A stretch of DNA of 64,000 nt from Felis catus (Eukaryota): assembly GCF_018350175.1 (NCBI RefSeq), contig NC_058368.1:14386001-14450000 (forward strand). Reading direction: 5' to 3'. A program made the translations under genes and the position numbers. This document shows positions 1-13,150 of the stretch, piece after piece; position 1 is the first letter of the stretch; the number at the start of each line of letters is the position of its first letter. The notes below the pieces were generated by a model. That model did not search any database. It was given only the letters and a program-made list of their open reading frames with translations, and was not told the DNA's origin.

Positions 1-760
1 AAGTCTTGTGGATTCTCATTCTTTCCTGGTATCTTTCACATGTGTTGCTGTCATACCCACCACCATCACCCTAGTTCAGGTCTTTATCACTTTGTTACTG
101 GACTGTGGCTCCCTGTGCTGTCTTTCCCATTTCTAGACTATCCTAAGGAATACTGCTGGACTGACTTTCTCATAGACACTTCTATCATGCTACTCCCCTG
201 CTAAAAACCTTAGATTGACTCCCAATTCTCTTGGAAGGAGGGATGGAGGAAATGAGGGAGGGAGGGAAGAAAGCCTCCTCTGGTACTCAAAGCACTTCAC
301 TCTCTCAGTATTCCTTAGCAGTATTTCACTATTAGCTTCTTGATGTCCATACTTGAATGCACTGCCTATTGATTATTTTCCAAACATAATTCATACATTT
401 CTTTCTCTGCCTTTTTACCTCTCACTCTTCACCTCTCAGAATTGCATTCCTTCCTTAAGATCAAATATATCCTTTCCCTGATTTTCTCAAATAAAAGTGA
501 TCTTTCCTTCTCGATAATCTTATATCACTTAAAGATATAAGGTAGTGTTGGTATCGTGTAGATAAGTGCTATTTAAAAGTATATATTTAAATTTATAAAT
601 GTTTTTCATCCCCAAAATGGATTTCAAATTCCTGGGTGGAAGCAAAATTTTACCTTTTTCACCCTTGCCCCAAAATGCCTAGCATAGGACTGTATGCATA
701 GTAGATAACCAACATGGAAATGTTGAATGGATAACTTACCTTGAGGTATCAGAAATGTAG
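1..760. mobile_element. Degraded L2 remnants
   Basis: L2-like phrases such as catgctactcccctgctaaaaacctt and aatgcctagcataggac...aaatgttgaatgg. Boundaries approximate. Confidence 0.5.
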
Positions 761-3320
761 GAGGAAGATTAGGGCAGGTTTGGTGATTATGAGAAAAACT
801 GCTGAAAGTGATCATAGTACCCATTTCATCTGTAGACTGATCACACCTAGAATACACAGACTGATTTTCATTCATTATATTTCATCCAAGATCACTATAA
901 TACTGTAACGTGTTGAGTCCATTGGACAGACTGGCTGGCTTCTATTTTCTTTACTGATCATTATTAAAAACCAAACTTTGGTAAATAGGCTGAGATTCTG
1001 CACAGGCATCTCCAGTTGCCACTGTTCTCTTGGTGCCATAAGAGTGTGTAAGGGAGCAATTCCTGGGTCTCTTCCCTGCCTTATGTTGCACATGTGGCAG
1101 TTCTGAGCCTTCTTTTACCGTTAGATAGTCTTCCCTAAAGACACGGATTGCTCAGCACACTTCAAATAAATGTCTTCATTCAGGAGAACTTAGAGAGATT
1201 TTAAATAAATATTTTTAGTGCTCCAATGTACATGAATTATGAATCTCCAGTATTAAATATGTATATAAGCAGTGTTGGAAAATTATAAAATTATAATCAT
1301 CTGGCCGCTGATGGCAAATAGATATCTTACCTTGGCACGAACATACAACTGCACAGGCCTGCACGATTTCTAGTTGTGTCTGTAGAGAATGCAGTGGGAA
1401 AAAAAAATGCAGTTGTAATGCTTTCTCAGGAAAGTGCAAAAACATCCCTTTATAATTCCTCCTGGAGGACTCAGGTGAAGAACTTTTTAAGTCATTCAAT
1501 TATCAGATATTCATTGTCTATCTCTTGTGCCTTTCACTATGTCCTGATGATACCGCCACTGCCTTCACAGACTTCTTAGGCAAGTAGGAAACTTAAAAAC
1601 AACTGAGAGCACAATTACAATTCAGTGGGCCAAGTACTAAGTGATTAGAAAAGGAGAAATTATTAGGGATCATAAGGGAGGGGTATGTAAACACAATCCA
1701 GGAGAGCTTTCTGGAAGGCTGAATATGTTGGTCCTTTCAGCAGACCTGTCAAGCATATTTTTTTTTCTTTCTATCCTTCTGTTCTCAAGCATTATGCTAA
1801 TTAGTACAGTGGATATGTAACTCATAGCCTCCACAGTGAAAGGCAACTACATGAGAAAGAGAAATCATAAAAAGTATTTGGGTACACTTAAGATGATTCT
1901 CAGGTTTCTGCCTTGAGCGACAAAGGTACAGAAACTCTACCAGTGGAGATACAGAAATATTGGAGTAAAAACATGTTTTCTGGGAAGATGAAGAATTCAG
2001 TTTTAACCACCAGAACCTGTGGGTCACCCAAGTGGAAAAATTAAGAAGGCAACTAAATATATGACTCTAAAGCCTAGGAGAAAGATCTAGTTTTCATCAT
2101 AATATTTTGTGTACCTAGCAGCATGAGAGTGTTTGAAAGACACTTGGAGACATTTTACAATGAAAAGGGTTCAAGGACATTGTCCTAAGGAACACCAACA
2201 GAAGAAGATGATCCAGAACAAATGAATGAGAAATGAAAAGTAAAGAGGAAAACCAAGAGACAGGACTCTCCTAAAAGCCAAAAACAAGAGCGTTTTAATA
2301 AAAAGGTAGTGGACAACAGTTCAGCTACCACACAGAGTTTAAAGAAGAAGAATTGTTTTTTTCATCTCTCCACATCAGTTTCAACAGAATCATAGAGACA
2401 GAATGCAGATTACAATGGGGGTGAAGAGTAAATGGAAGTAAGTGAAGTGTAAAATACACTTTCGAGAAAATGAGATATAAAGGAATTGTAAGAGATATTG
2501 TGTCAACTATGGAGTGATGCAGGATACATTTTAAGAGAGATTTTCACCTATTTAAGGTATAGAGGAACAATAGAAGCGAGGTTAAAATTGAAAAAGAGGG
2601 CTACTGCATGAAGGCTTGTCTCTAAGACCAACAGAAAAAAAAGGTATCATTTTCTTGAGGCTGCAATTGGAAGATGGCTCAGTTTTCCTTGAAGGTAAAT
2701 TCTGCATAGTTACTAATATTACATTTTATTGACTGTATTCCATATGTAATAATAACAATGGAGGGTGAGGTTTTTGGTTCGGGATAGACAGGTGAAGGTC
2801 TAGAAATCCACCAGGAAGAAGCTGTTGCATGGTGCAGGGTAATTGTGGATAGAAATAAGTTTAAAGGTGGTTGTTTAAACAGTTGATGGAGCATCTAACT
2901 TGACATCAGTTTTCTCGTGGCAGTAGAGAACACTGGGACTTAGGTAAGCATTGAGGAACGTGGATGTTTAAATCGTCACTAAAAGGGATAGGCGGTGATA
3001 CACTGATCAAAACAAGTAAAAGGATTGAAGAGGAACAGCAGACACCTACCATGCTGGAAATCATGAATTGGCAGTGGTGTCAATATACCTAAAGTCGAAA
3101 TTATCCATGTCATGGAGCCATCCAAATGCGGAAGAGGGGAGAGACTAAATTACAGAATGAGGATTTATCGAGAGTTTATGACTGAAGGATATGGATGCAA
3201 AAGAACTGAAGTACTTACATGATTACACTTATAGACTACTGGTTCTAAGCAGGAGGGAAGAAAATGCAGTCAGTTTACTGGGGGAAAAAATGGAATGATG
3301 AAGAAGAAACTGGAAGTCTT

Positions 3321-3530
3321 GGGGTGCCTGGGTGGTTCAGTCAGTTAAGCCTCTGGCTTTTGGTTTCGGCTCAGGTCATGATCTCACAGTTGATGAGTCC
3401 AAGCCCTTCTTCAGGCTCTGTGCTGACAATGTGGAGCCTGCTTGGGATTCTCTCTCTCCGCTCTCTCTCTGCCCCTACCCTGCTTGTGCTCTTTCTCTGA
3501 AAATAAATAAATTTTAATTTTGTTTTTAAA
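3321..3530 (+). mobile_element. Can-SINE (felid SINEC)
   Basis: ggggtgcctgggtggttcagtcagttaagc head, CT-rich region, aataaa tail, TSD ggaagtcttg. Confidence 0.93.
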
Positions 3531-3619
3531 GAAAGGAAGTCTTGTGGGGGTTAACATATGGAGATTCAGGATTTTTCATTAGTATATGAAAAGGTTATTT
3601 CCATCTTCACCTAAAATCA

Positions 3620-3713
3620 TGTAAAAATGTAGGATTTCCAATTAAATTTGAGTTTCAGATTAACATTTCATTGTTTGCCTGAACAAACATCCTTTACTTT
3701 ATCTGGCAACCCT
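3620..3713. mobile_element. MER53-like hAT MITE remnant
   Basis: attaaatttgagtttcagat...atctggcaacccta resembles the recalled MER53 termini. Confidence 0.5.
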
Positions 3714-4241
3714 AGATGAGAGTAAGATGTAGATACAGTAAAATCCTAGGTTAGATGAGTTAGTGGGATCATTTAGAGGTAAGAGGCCAAGTGGATCATG
3801 AAGCAGAACGTGGCCATCCGTAGGCATAAATTGTTGGAATTCAAAGAAGTCTAGGAACTCTGAGATTAAACTGGAATAGATTGAATATTGAATATATGAA
3901 TATTGAATTCTCTAAAAGTGATGATAAGATTTTGGGTGGAGAGGGGAAGAAGAACCTTTGAAAAAGAAAAACCACAAACAATAGAACGAGTGAATGGAAA
4001 GGAAAACAGGCCGAGTCATCAGAACCTGGGCAGGAGGAAACAAATGAGCCTGTGAGGGGTTGCTGGAATATTGGGAGCCAAAAGACTACTTAACAAAATT
4101 ATTTCCAGTCTAATGCTTTAAGTACTTCTGAGATGTTTAGTAAAACAATTTTTTCATCCATAGCTGATTTGAGTAGAGTTTATTTAAAGGTAATTCCTGT
4201 ACCCAGGACAATCATAGGCTCCTTTAAAAGACCCTGCTACA

Positions 4242-4479
4242 GGGGTGCCAGGGTGGCTCAGTCAGTTAAGTGTCCGCCTTAGGCGCAGGTCGTGATCTTG
4301 CAGTTTGTGAGTTCAAGCCCTGTGTGGGGCTCCGTGCCAACAGCTCAGAACTGGGAGAGAGACTGCTTCAGATTCTTTGTCTCCCTCTCTCTCTGTGCCC
4401 CTCCCCTGCTCATGCTCTGTTTCTCTCTGTCTCTCAAAAATAAATAAACATTAATAATAATAATAACCATAATAATATT
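4242..4479 (+). mobile_element. Can-SINE
   Basis: tRNA-derived head, CT tract, (taa)n tail, TSD aaaagaccctg. Confidence 0.93.
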
Positions 4480-5149
4480 AAAAGACCCTGATACATATGA
4501 AACTCTATTTAGGGGTCAGCCCAAGTCTTCATACACTTGGCATAACTGTTTCCAGTACTACCAAAGTGTTTTAGGATTTGATAGAAGTCGATCATGTCTG
4601 TTTCATTTCAGGTGTGTAAAAGGGCCAAAAATACTTTTCCTTTAAGTCGACGGTTATCAACTAACTTCCTTTGGTTTTGCAGTAGAGCAAGAATAGCCCT
4701 TGACTCAGAATCAGAACACATGAATTCTAGGACTTCCTCATATGACCTTTATTAGTGGGTTCAGGTAACTTCTGTCCAGTTTCTTGCCCTATATGATGAG
4801 AGCCATTGGGATACATGATCTCTAAAGCCTCTTCTATACATTTGCTTCTAAATTATTCAGCTCTCTGTATTTTATTTAACTTTGAGGTCAGCACAAAATA
4901 TCAGCAGTTTTACCTTTGAAAATGTACTTCCTTCATTATATGTAGCATATATATTCCTGAAAAGTTAGTAGCAAATCGTATTTTTATTAGTTGAATTATG
5001 AAATATATTTGAGGTTTTTTCCCAAGGATGCTTATAATAAATCTTTTATAAACAAATTATTGTTTTATACTTTTAATGATCTTTTATAATGTATCATTTT
5101 TAAATTAAATCCTTAGTTACTAAATATTTTTAAAAAGACAGCTCTACAT

Positions 5150-5470
5150 ATTTTTATGTAGCTTTAGGGAGGATACAATGGATATGATTAAGAGTAAAAA
5201 CTGATGATAAGTAAAAATAAATAGTAAGAGAGTAACTGATCACTTTAAAAGGATTCATTATTTCCGGGTACTAAAGAAACTTGTAGGTTTGATTGGAGAA
5301 CCAGTCCTCGTTGAGGAATTACAGAGATGTGTGAAAAGACCAGATATGGACGAAATACTAGGAAATTTGTACTTGACACCTTGTTCATCATTGTTAATAA
5401 AGATAAAATGGAGATTTAGGGGAAAAACTCAAAAGTGCCTTAAATCCTTTTGATAAACAAATAAGATCTA
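5150..5470 (+). mobile_element. Probable ancient L3/CR1 fragment, apparently continuing at ~7040-7360
   Basis: After the L1 the sequence resumes with tatacagatggcacaaaactg (Y-T-D-G-T-K-L, resembling the CR1 RT motif ADDTKL). Flanks are highly diverged. Confidence 0.35.
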
Positions 5471-5489
5471 AATTTTTTTGAAGCAAATT

Positions 5490-7040
5490 TGTATCCTGAC
5501 AAGATATATATTGTAAACCTGAGAGCAACCTCTAAGAAAATAACCTCAAAAAAAAAAGTTTAAAAAATCATTAAAGGAATTATAATGTTGCGCTAGAAAA
5601 TATTTACTTAATGCAAAACAAGGCAGTAACAGAAGAACATATGAAGAAAAAAGACCCTAGACATATAGAAAATAAAAAGTAAAATGGCAGACATAAATCC
5701 AACCATACCAATAATAACATCAAATATGAATGGATTAGACAGTCTAATCAGAAAGAAGACTGTCAGACTGCTTTTTTAATTTAATTTTTTTTAATTATTA
5801 AAAAGTGAAAAGATCTATGTGCACCCTACCTACAACTATATGCTTTCAGTTACACTTTGATCCAGTTTAGATTCAAAGATACAGATAGGTTGAATATAAA
5901 AAGATGAAAAAAAGGTATACCATGCAAACAGCCACCATAAAAGTTGGAGTTATACTAATATCAGAAAAAAAAATAGGCTTTTGAAATCAAAAAAATCACT
6001 AGTGTGACTGAACCCGGGTCCATCTGCTCAAATCCAATCATTGAGACATTAGCTCTGTAGCAAGAAAAGTTTGAGAGGCAGCCAAACGAGGAGACGAGGG
6101 CAAGCCTCAAATCCGCCTCACCAAAAGAGGAGAGAACAAGTTTTTTTTTTTTTATAATTATCGGAGTTGAGACTGCATACATATTGATAAATTGGGCGGG
6201 GAAACTTTTGATTATTCATGAGGAATGACGGTGCATGCACATTGAGTAAACATATATGTGATGTATATCCCATGTTCGCTTTACGGGAAGACTTAACCCC
6301 AGAATGAGGCAAACTCCAGCCCCTGACATGAGGACGTTACATCTTAGGACAAGGAAAAGGAGCTATGGACAAGCTCCAAGAGCTGATATAAACTGGATGG
6401 AGTGTTGCGCTTCCAATCTTGGGTAAGGAAGGCAGGCCCTCACTTGTTCATAGACTGGAACCGAATCAGTTGACCTTGAGTCCAGGCTTCTGCAGAGACA
6501 ACTAGTGGCTTTGATAGTGTCTGAAAAGACACAATAGGCGTTTAGGGGGAAAGAGTTCTCTGAGAAACAAGCTTTAAACGTTTTGCTGGTTTCTACCTCA
6601 TTACCCTTGTGGGGCATGGTTTCACTAGCAAGAAAGAAAGACATTTTATAATGATAAAAGGGTTAATACATTGCGAAGATGTAACAGTTATAAACAAAGC
6701 AAGAACTGACGGAAATGAAGGGAGAAATAGACATTTCTTCAATAATAGTTGGAGACTTCAATACCCTACTTTTCAATAATGGGCAGACTAAATAGTAGAT
6801 TAACAAGTACATGGAAAGCTTGAACAGCACTATAAACTGACCAGAACTACTGGACATCTATAGAACACTGCACCAAACAATAGGAACTTTTCTCTAGTGC
6901 ACGCACAACATTCTCCAGGCTAAACCGTATGTTAGGCCTAAGAAAACAAACAAACAAACAAAACACTTTCATATTTAAAAGCACTTAAATAATACAAAGA
7001 ATCTTCTCTGACACGATGGAATTAAATTAAAAACCAATAT
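5490..7040 (+). mobile_element. Old L1 (L1M-type) fragment covering the ORF2 endonuclease region, split by an LTR
   Basis: aataataacatcaaatatgaatggattag, taccatgcaaacagc, gacattttataatgataaaagggttaata and atagttggagacttcaataccc (IVGDFNTP motif). Contains many stops. Confidence 0.88.
6003..6624 (-). mobile_element. Solo LTR, ERV1 (gamma-like) class
   Basis: TG...CA termini, a perfect 4-bp TSD CTAG (5999-6002 and 6625-6628), CpGs retained, and a TATA-like taattataaaa on the minus strand. L1 sequence is contiguous on either side. Confidence 0.82.
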
Positions 7041-7442
7041 ACAGATGGCACAAAACTGAGTTAGTGAATACTTTGACATCAAGATTCACAAATGGTGTGG
7101 AAAACCATATGGTGTGACTTGAAGAAACTGAGGTTAGGTTAACCCCTTGAAGAGACTAATTTGGATTCTAAAGGTGGGAATCAGGTAGGACATAACAGTC
7201 TCCTCTAAATAGCCTGTTATTTATAATAAGGAGTATATTTAGAAGAGATCTTCTGAAGGTCGCTAGTAAGACCGATGGATGGAAGTTACATCAGAAAATA
7301 AGGAAGAGTATTCTAATAGTACTTTACACCAAAATATAGGCAGTCTTGTGTTTCCATATATTGTGTCCCTTAAAATGTGTTTTAAAAGTGTTACATTGGA
7401 AAGCCAAGCAATAACTTAAAACAGTATTTAAAAAAGGGTCTA

Positions 7443-7688
7443 GGGTCACCTGCGTGGCACAGTCAGTTAAGCGTCCAACTTCAGCTCAGGTCATGATCTC
7501 GTGGTTTGTGGGTTCAAGCCCCGCGTCAGGCTCTGTGCTAACAGCTCAGAGCCTGGAGCCTGCTTCAAATTCTGTGTCTCCCTCTCTCTGCCCCTCCCCT
7601 GCTCATGCTCACGCTCATGCTCATGCTCTGTCTCTCTCTCTCTCTCTCTCAAAAATAAACATTAAAAAAGTTTTTAAATAATAAAAAC
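7443..7688 (+). mobile_element. Can-SINE
   Basis: Head, (gctcat)n expansion, CT tract, A-rich tail. Confidence 0.93.
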
Positions 7689-8899
7689 ATCATAACAAGG
7701 GTCCCATTCCCAGGAAGTTGAACAAATTATAAATATGGTTCCTGTAAAATATGCTTTCCCAAAAAGTCAAGGAAAGGCCTTCGTGGCAGCACCAGCTTGC
7801 TAGGCAGAGAGGTTCCACCCCTCCAGGGTTGGATCTAGAACTTTGAACCCGAGTCAGCCCATTTCACTTCTTTCTCCAAATAATTCCCCCCCCCCACCAA
7901 ATTTAACAAATTTTTCAATAAAATCTTGTTCAATTTCCTTATGCTTTAGAACTTCTTATCAAGCCAATTCTTAATTGGCTGAGTTTCTAGAGAACAATAT
8001 GAACAACTCTTTCTCCTAAATCTATGTTCCAACCATACGAACTGTGAATTATTTAAACAGCAATTCAGAGTTTATTGTGTAATATATATAATCTGCAAAA
8101 ATGCAGATTTGCATGAAAATTAATGACATGAAAGACCAAGATCACCTCCACTACATTATCTCGCAAGTAGAGAACATGGAACAAAGTTACTCAGTCAGAA
8201 TTCTGAAGAACCTTCTGTGGGGAAATTGAGGAAGGACCCCTATGCGTGATTTTGTACCCATGCGCACATGCACACACACACAGGCGCACACAAATGGACT
8301 GAAAAATGTCAACCTATTTTGTCAGACATTGTGAACTTATGTATTTCTCTTCATGAAGACAATGTTTTCATTACTAAGAGCAGAATTTTCAAAAAGGTTT
8401 TAATAAGAAAAGTCTGATTCACGATATTCTCCTAGAAAATAAATTACACTGGTGGAGGAGGTTAGGCAAATTCTTTTCTACCTGGGGTTCCTTTAGAATA
8501 TTATTCATCCAGTGAACTAACTGATGCCCTTAGATGCAGAGGAAGGGAGCACCCAAATTGTCTGGTGTAACTAGAAGGCACTACTCTACATATCAGGAAG
8601 ATCTGTATAAATCTTTCAGTCTGTATAAATCTGCATCTTTCAGTCATTTGTCTGTTTTGTCTATATTGGCCAGTCAATTTAGACAGCACCCAGAACCTCA
8701 GAAGTGAGGAAGATATTGGTATATTATCTCTTTTAATGGGGGCAGAGTTCACTTTAGAGAAACCTAAAGGCTTTGATATATCTCAGAGACTTTAGACTAC
8801 TTATTTATAATTTATACATATTACATAACTAAATATATGTATGCTTTTCCATTAATTCTCTGCCAAAAGTTTAGAGAGGTCTGTTTAAAATCCACTTGA

Positions 8900-9103
8900 G
8901 GGGCGCCTGGGTGGCTCAGTCGGTAAAGCATCCGACTTCGGCTCAGGTCATGATCTCAGTCTGTGAGTTCGAACCCCATGTTGGGCTCTGTGCTGACAGC
9001 TCAGAAGCCTGGAGCCTGCTTTGGATTCTGTGTCTCCCCCTCTCTCTGCCCCTCCCCTACTCGCACTCTCTCTCTCTCAAAAATAAACATTAAAATTTTT
9101 TTT
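8900..9103 (+). mobile_element. Can-SINE
   Basis: ggggcgcctgggtggctcagtcgg head, TSD aatccacttga. Confidence 0.95.
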
Positions 9104-9949
9104 AATCCACTTGAAATGAATATTTGTGTTTATGGCTTACTCAACTTTCTTTGTAAGATTGGCTCTTATTTTTTACGTTGAATATGTTGTTTTACTTATT
9201 CATACTCTTTTTCCTGAATATGATTATTTTAGAAGCAAAACTTTTTAATGATAGATTTATGACATTGTGGATCTTAGCATATTTTTATTCGTTCAAAAAC
9301 TCAATTTTTTAAGGGTCGCGTAAATCAAATTTCATGGAGGGAATGCAATGGAGATGCTTAGTAGACATTTTCCTGGGCATTAGGAGTTATTTGTTTATGT
9401 GTGAATTAGGTATTTCACTTGTAACACCCAGTCCTCCCTGGGTTGAAAACTTTTCATTGCTAATCGTGCCTTTTATGTGTCCAATAAGAATAACCAGAAT
9501 ATCTTCCATGAGGTGCAGCAAATAATTGCTAATTACCGTACAGCTTCTCCCTCCCCCAGGCAAGTTGGTTCCTATCTAGTTCCCAGAGCAAGGGGGCCAA
9601 AGGAGGAGTCCTCTGGTGTCGATGCCTGGTGGGATAATCCACTATGACACATCCCTACTGTACCACATGAAGACATCACAATTTATTTATTGTAGAGATG
9701 GTTGCAGCAATATTAAATGATGAAACACTTTTCTTAAATCACTAGGAGTCCAGGGATTAACTTAGCATTTTTTGAAAACATTCGGATAATTGGAAGAGAA
9801 GTTGGAAAAAATGCTCCAATCTTTTGAATAAATCGTACTTTCTCCTTGACTATTTAACTTATTCATGTACACCTGAAAGATATTTTACCTCAAATCTGAA
9901 TCCTCATAAGAAAATGTATATTTAAAAATACTGAAAATATATGTGTCAG

Positions 9950-12900
9950 TTAGCTACATTAAATGTTAGTTCCTGTTGTAGTTTAATTAAATGATATCTG
10001 TCTTTGCTAATGGAAATGTAGCATGCCATTAATTTTTTTTTTCCCTGATACCTTGCAGTCAGCCATCTAACACCATGCCCGGTACAAGAGACATACACAT
10101 GTACACTTTTCTGGTCTTATTAATGAGTTGTTCACAATCTTGCGGTCAAGATTCGTGCGTCGTTTCCACATTTAAAGAAAGCATACTTAGCGACATGCAT
10201 GTGACCACACCAGGCAGTTTAAAAGTAGGTATTAATTATTCCTGGCTTGGATCCTTAACCTACGTGAATCAGAATCACTTGTAGGAAAAAAAAAAAAAGA
10301 TAGTCTTGCCATAAGCAAGCAGTTTTGTTTTGTTTTGCTTCCCTCCCCCCCCAAATGAGAGAAAATTGATGTAATGTTCTTTACCGTCGCTTTTTCCAGA
10401 AAAGCATGAGATCTGTTTACCTGGTTGCAATTCACATTGTTTTACTGCGGTGTCAGTTCTTTGGTTTTGGCAGCGTTTCTCAAGTGTCTATTCACAAAAA
10501 GACTAGCACAGCGAATGAATGGTAGTGTTGCCACCACCTAACAAGCGGGGATTATGTGTTTACAGAAGAAGTAATATGATAGGTCAAGTATAAGAGGCAC
10601 TTCTCGAGAGCACTTCAGCACATAATGAGTGACTGACTAGAAAGTGCGGAGGCTGCCACTCTTTGGCTTCCAGTCCGTGTTGATGCCTGCCTCTCTTCTC
10701 CAAAGCTCTCTTGATCATGTTCAGCTGCTCTGTTCTCATGTGGGGAATAATAGTAGAGTAAAGCTGCTTTTCTGTCTCATTTTTCTTGCTAATTTACACA
10801 TTCAAGCCATTTTTTGTTCGCTACCCTTATTTGCTATTCCCTTTTGTCAAGGCACTGTTCTCTTTTTTGCCTCAGGCCTAAGAACTAATTTGAGCTTCTA
10901 TAATTACTCCATGTTTTACACCTGTCTGCATATCATGCACCCCCCCCCCTTGTCTCTGTACTTAAGCTGTATATTTCCTTGCAGAAAAGCTAGTTTTCAT
11001 ACACAAGGAATCCTGAGTTTCTCTCCTCAGACTTCCTACAGAAGAAACACAATTAGACTGTTGAGATGTCCTCCGAATGCAGCTGACCTCTGGAGTTCAG
11101 GAAGGACAAATGAACGCTGTCTGCTCAGACAGTTTGTGTGAAGACGTTGTCGAGCAGAGAGCCTGAGCTTTGTTCCTCGTGAATGAAGCAATGGTTGTAG
11201 TCATTTTAAAATCGTTAAGACTCTGAATGCACAGTATCATTGTACAGTGTTTGCTCCACAGCCGCTCCTCCGCTTTAATAGCAGCTTATTAAATTTGGGT
11301 CAAGCACACTCTGAAGAGTATCACAATGAAGAAACTGTTCTCAAAGTTACCTGTTTAAAAAAAAAGGCAATTGATTAGATTTTTAACTTAAGTGACAGCT
11401 GCAATTCATTGCCTATTCTTTGTGATGTCCTGCAGCCAGAGCGGCCTTTTGTGACGGGGGCTTCATTTTGTAAGGGCTTTCCTGAATAATCCAGGGTTGC
11501 TTTCCACTCAGAGCCTGCTTCAATCCAATTAGGAGTTTAACAAGGGTCAAATTAAGGAGACTTTACACTTCATGTTTGCATCATTAGCCGTAAGACTGTT
11601 ATGGGAGCGCATGACTGTGTGTCAGGGACGAGGGGGGAAAGGCTGCAAGATGGGACGGACACAAAGCTGTCATCCACCATGTGGTGTGTCCCTTCACTGA
11701 TGGAGGCTCAGCAGGCTAGCAACAACATTTCCAGTTGTCTTTGGGGTTGTTGCCTTGTCAAATCAGCTGGTATATAGTTGTTGGGAGGTTACGGGTGCTA
11801 GCTGGGGCTGATGAAGAAGTGTTTTTCGCCTACTCTTTTCTGTTCGGGTAGCCTACTGCGATTGGACCAATGACTGGAAAGACATGAAGTTGAACCCTCT
11901 CGAGCATTCATTATTTTTGATGAGATGACAACTATCTAGGTTCCTGTTCTCACTCCTCGTGCTGTTTCCTGCTCCTTTTTTTTTTTTGAAAACATAATTG
12001 TTCATTCTGTAAGATATTATCATAGCGAGTGGAAACTCATTTTTTTTTTTTTTAGAGAGAGTAGTTTGTTAGAGGCTTTGCAAAGACGCGTTACTATTGA
12101 AGAAAAGAAGGACCTCACGATGGTCTCTTCGGATCTGCAACATTTAGAATAACTTTTGGTTTTAGTCTGTGCATGCTACCAAGATATATTTATATTTGTT
12201 AATGACCTCTAACCACAGGATGTCAGTGTGAAGAAAACGACCTATTTCTGAAAAGAGAAGACAACAAAATTCCGCTAATCAGCGCTTCCATGCATGGGCT
12301 ATTGCTGGAGAACTGTTGGCTATGCCCTTCAGCAAAGCTTTGTGCGGCTATACACAAAGTAAAGATTTATCTAAAAATAACACTTTCATTGTTCCTTTCT
12401 TACCTCCTCAACCCATTAATAGGTACTTTAGTATCATGAGAGTTTTCATAGTTTAATCCCCTTTCAAAAGCTTTTCAGAATAAAAGCTCTAAATGGTCCT
12501 CAGTATTAATTTGATGTGACTTCTGTACAATATGGTTTAAAACTCTCAGAAGCGCATTTTTACCGCTTACCCCTTTTCATTGGAGCAGTGCGTGGAAAAC
12601 GCCAGCTCAATGTTTAGCGGGGTGTCTAATGTGAACCATTTTTGTTACTTTCTAATAATATGCTTTCCCAATTTAAAAAATTGTCGTGATGATGTCATTC
12701 TTAATCCTCAAGAATATTATTTTGGGTTTCCCCTTGATTTTTTAATTGTACATGCCTTCTTCATGTTGACATTCTGCAAAGCTGTATTTTTAGTCTCTGA
12801 TTTGCTAAGAACTAAGATCCAGTAATAAAGTCAGCCTGGTAAGTAGCAATCAGGCTAGATGATATGCATTCGGTTACATCTTTGTTTATGTTTGGACCAC

Positions 12901-13150
12901 AGTGGCCTCAAACACAAGAGCTTCTGGTGCTAATAACCAGCTTCGCCCTTTTTGTGTGTTTTGTTGCTTTTGAACACACATCGGTCTTTCTCAAAAAGTG
13001 GTATATGCTATATGTAATTCTTGCTGGCTACAAATCATTTCATAGTGGCCCCATGCGTTCTATGCCAAGTTCCATTTCCTCAACTTCTCTTATGTCTAGA
13101 AGGCTTCCAGTATGAGGGGAAAAAACTATTAATTCCTTTAACTTCCAAAC
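9950..13150. promoter_or_regulatory. Repeat-free island; candidate enhancer cluster (core ~11180-11650)
   Basis: About 3 kb with no recognisable interspersed repeat and more CpGs than its surroundings. Contains TGACAG, TGATTAGAT, TAATCC, ACAATG, CAATTA and TGTTTAC motifs. Confidence 0.5.

Larger units (their letters stand above)
1500..3950. mobile_element. Long degraded L2 fragment, interrupted by a Can-SINE and a MER53-like piece
   Basis: Purine-rich, L2-like body (gaagatgaagaattcagttttaacc...ccaagtggaaa, ctaggagaaagatctag). Boundaries approximate. Confidence 0.5.

Noticed and set aside
8090..8114. Small hairpin AATCTGCA-aaaa-TGCAGATT overlapping an octamer ATTTGCAT
   Set aside because: Arms of 8 bp are expected by chance in 64 kb, and there is no other support.
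10644..11141. Longest ORF (165 aa) inside the first island
   Set aside because: It has a non-ATG start, an L/F/S/C-rich composition typical of T-rich noncoding DNA, and no splice support.
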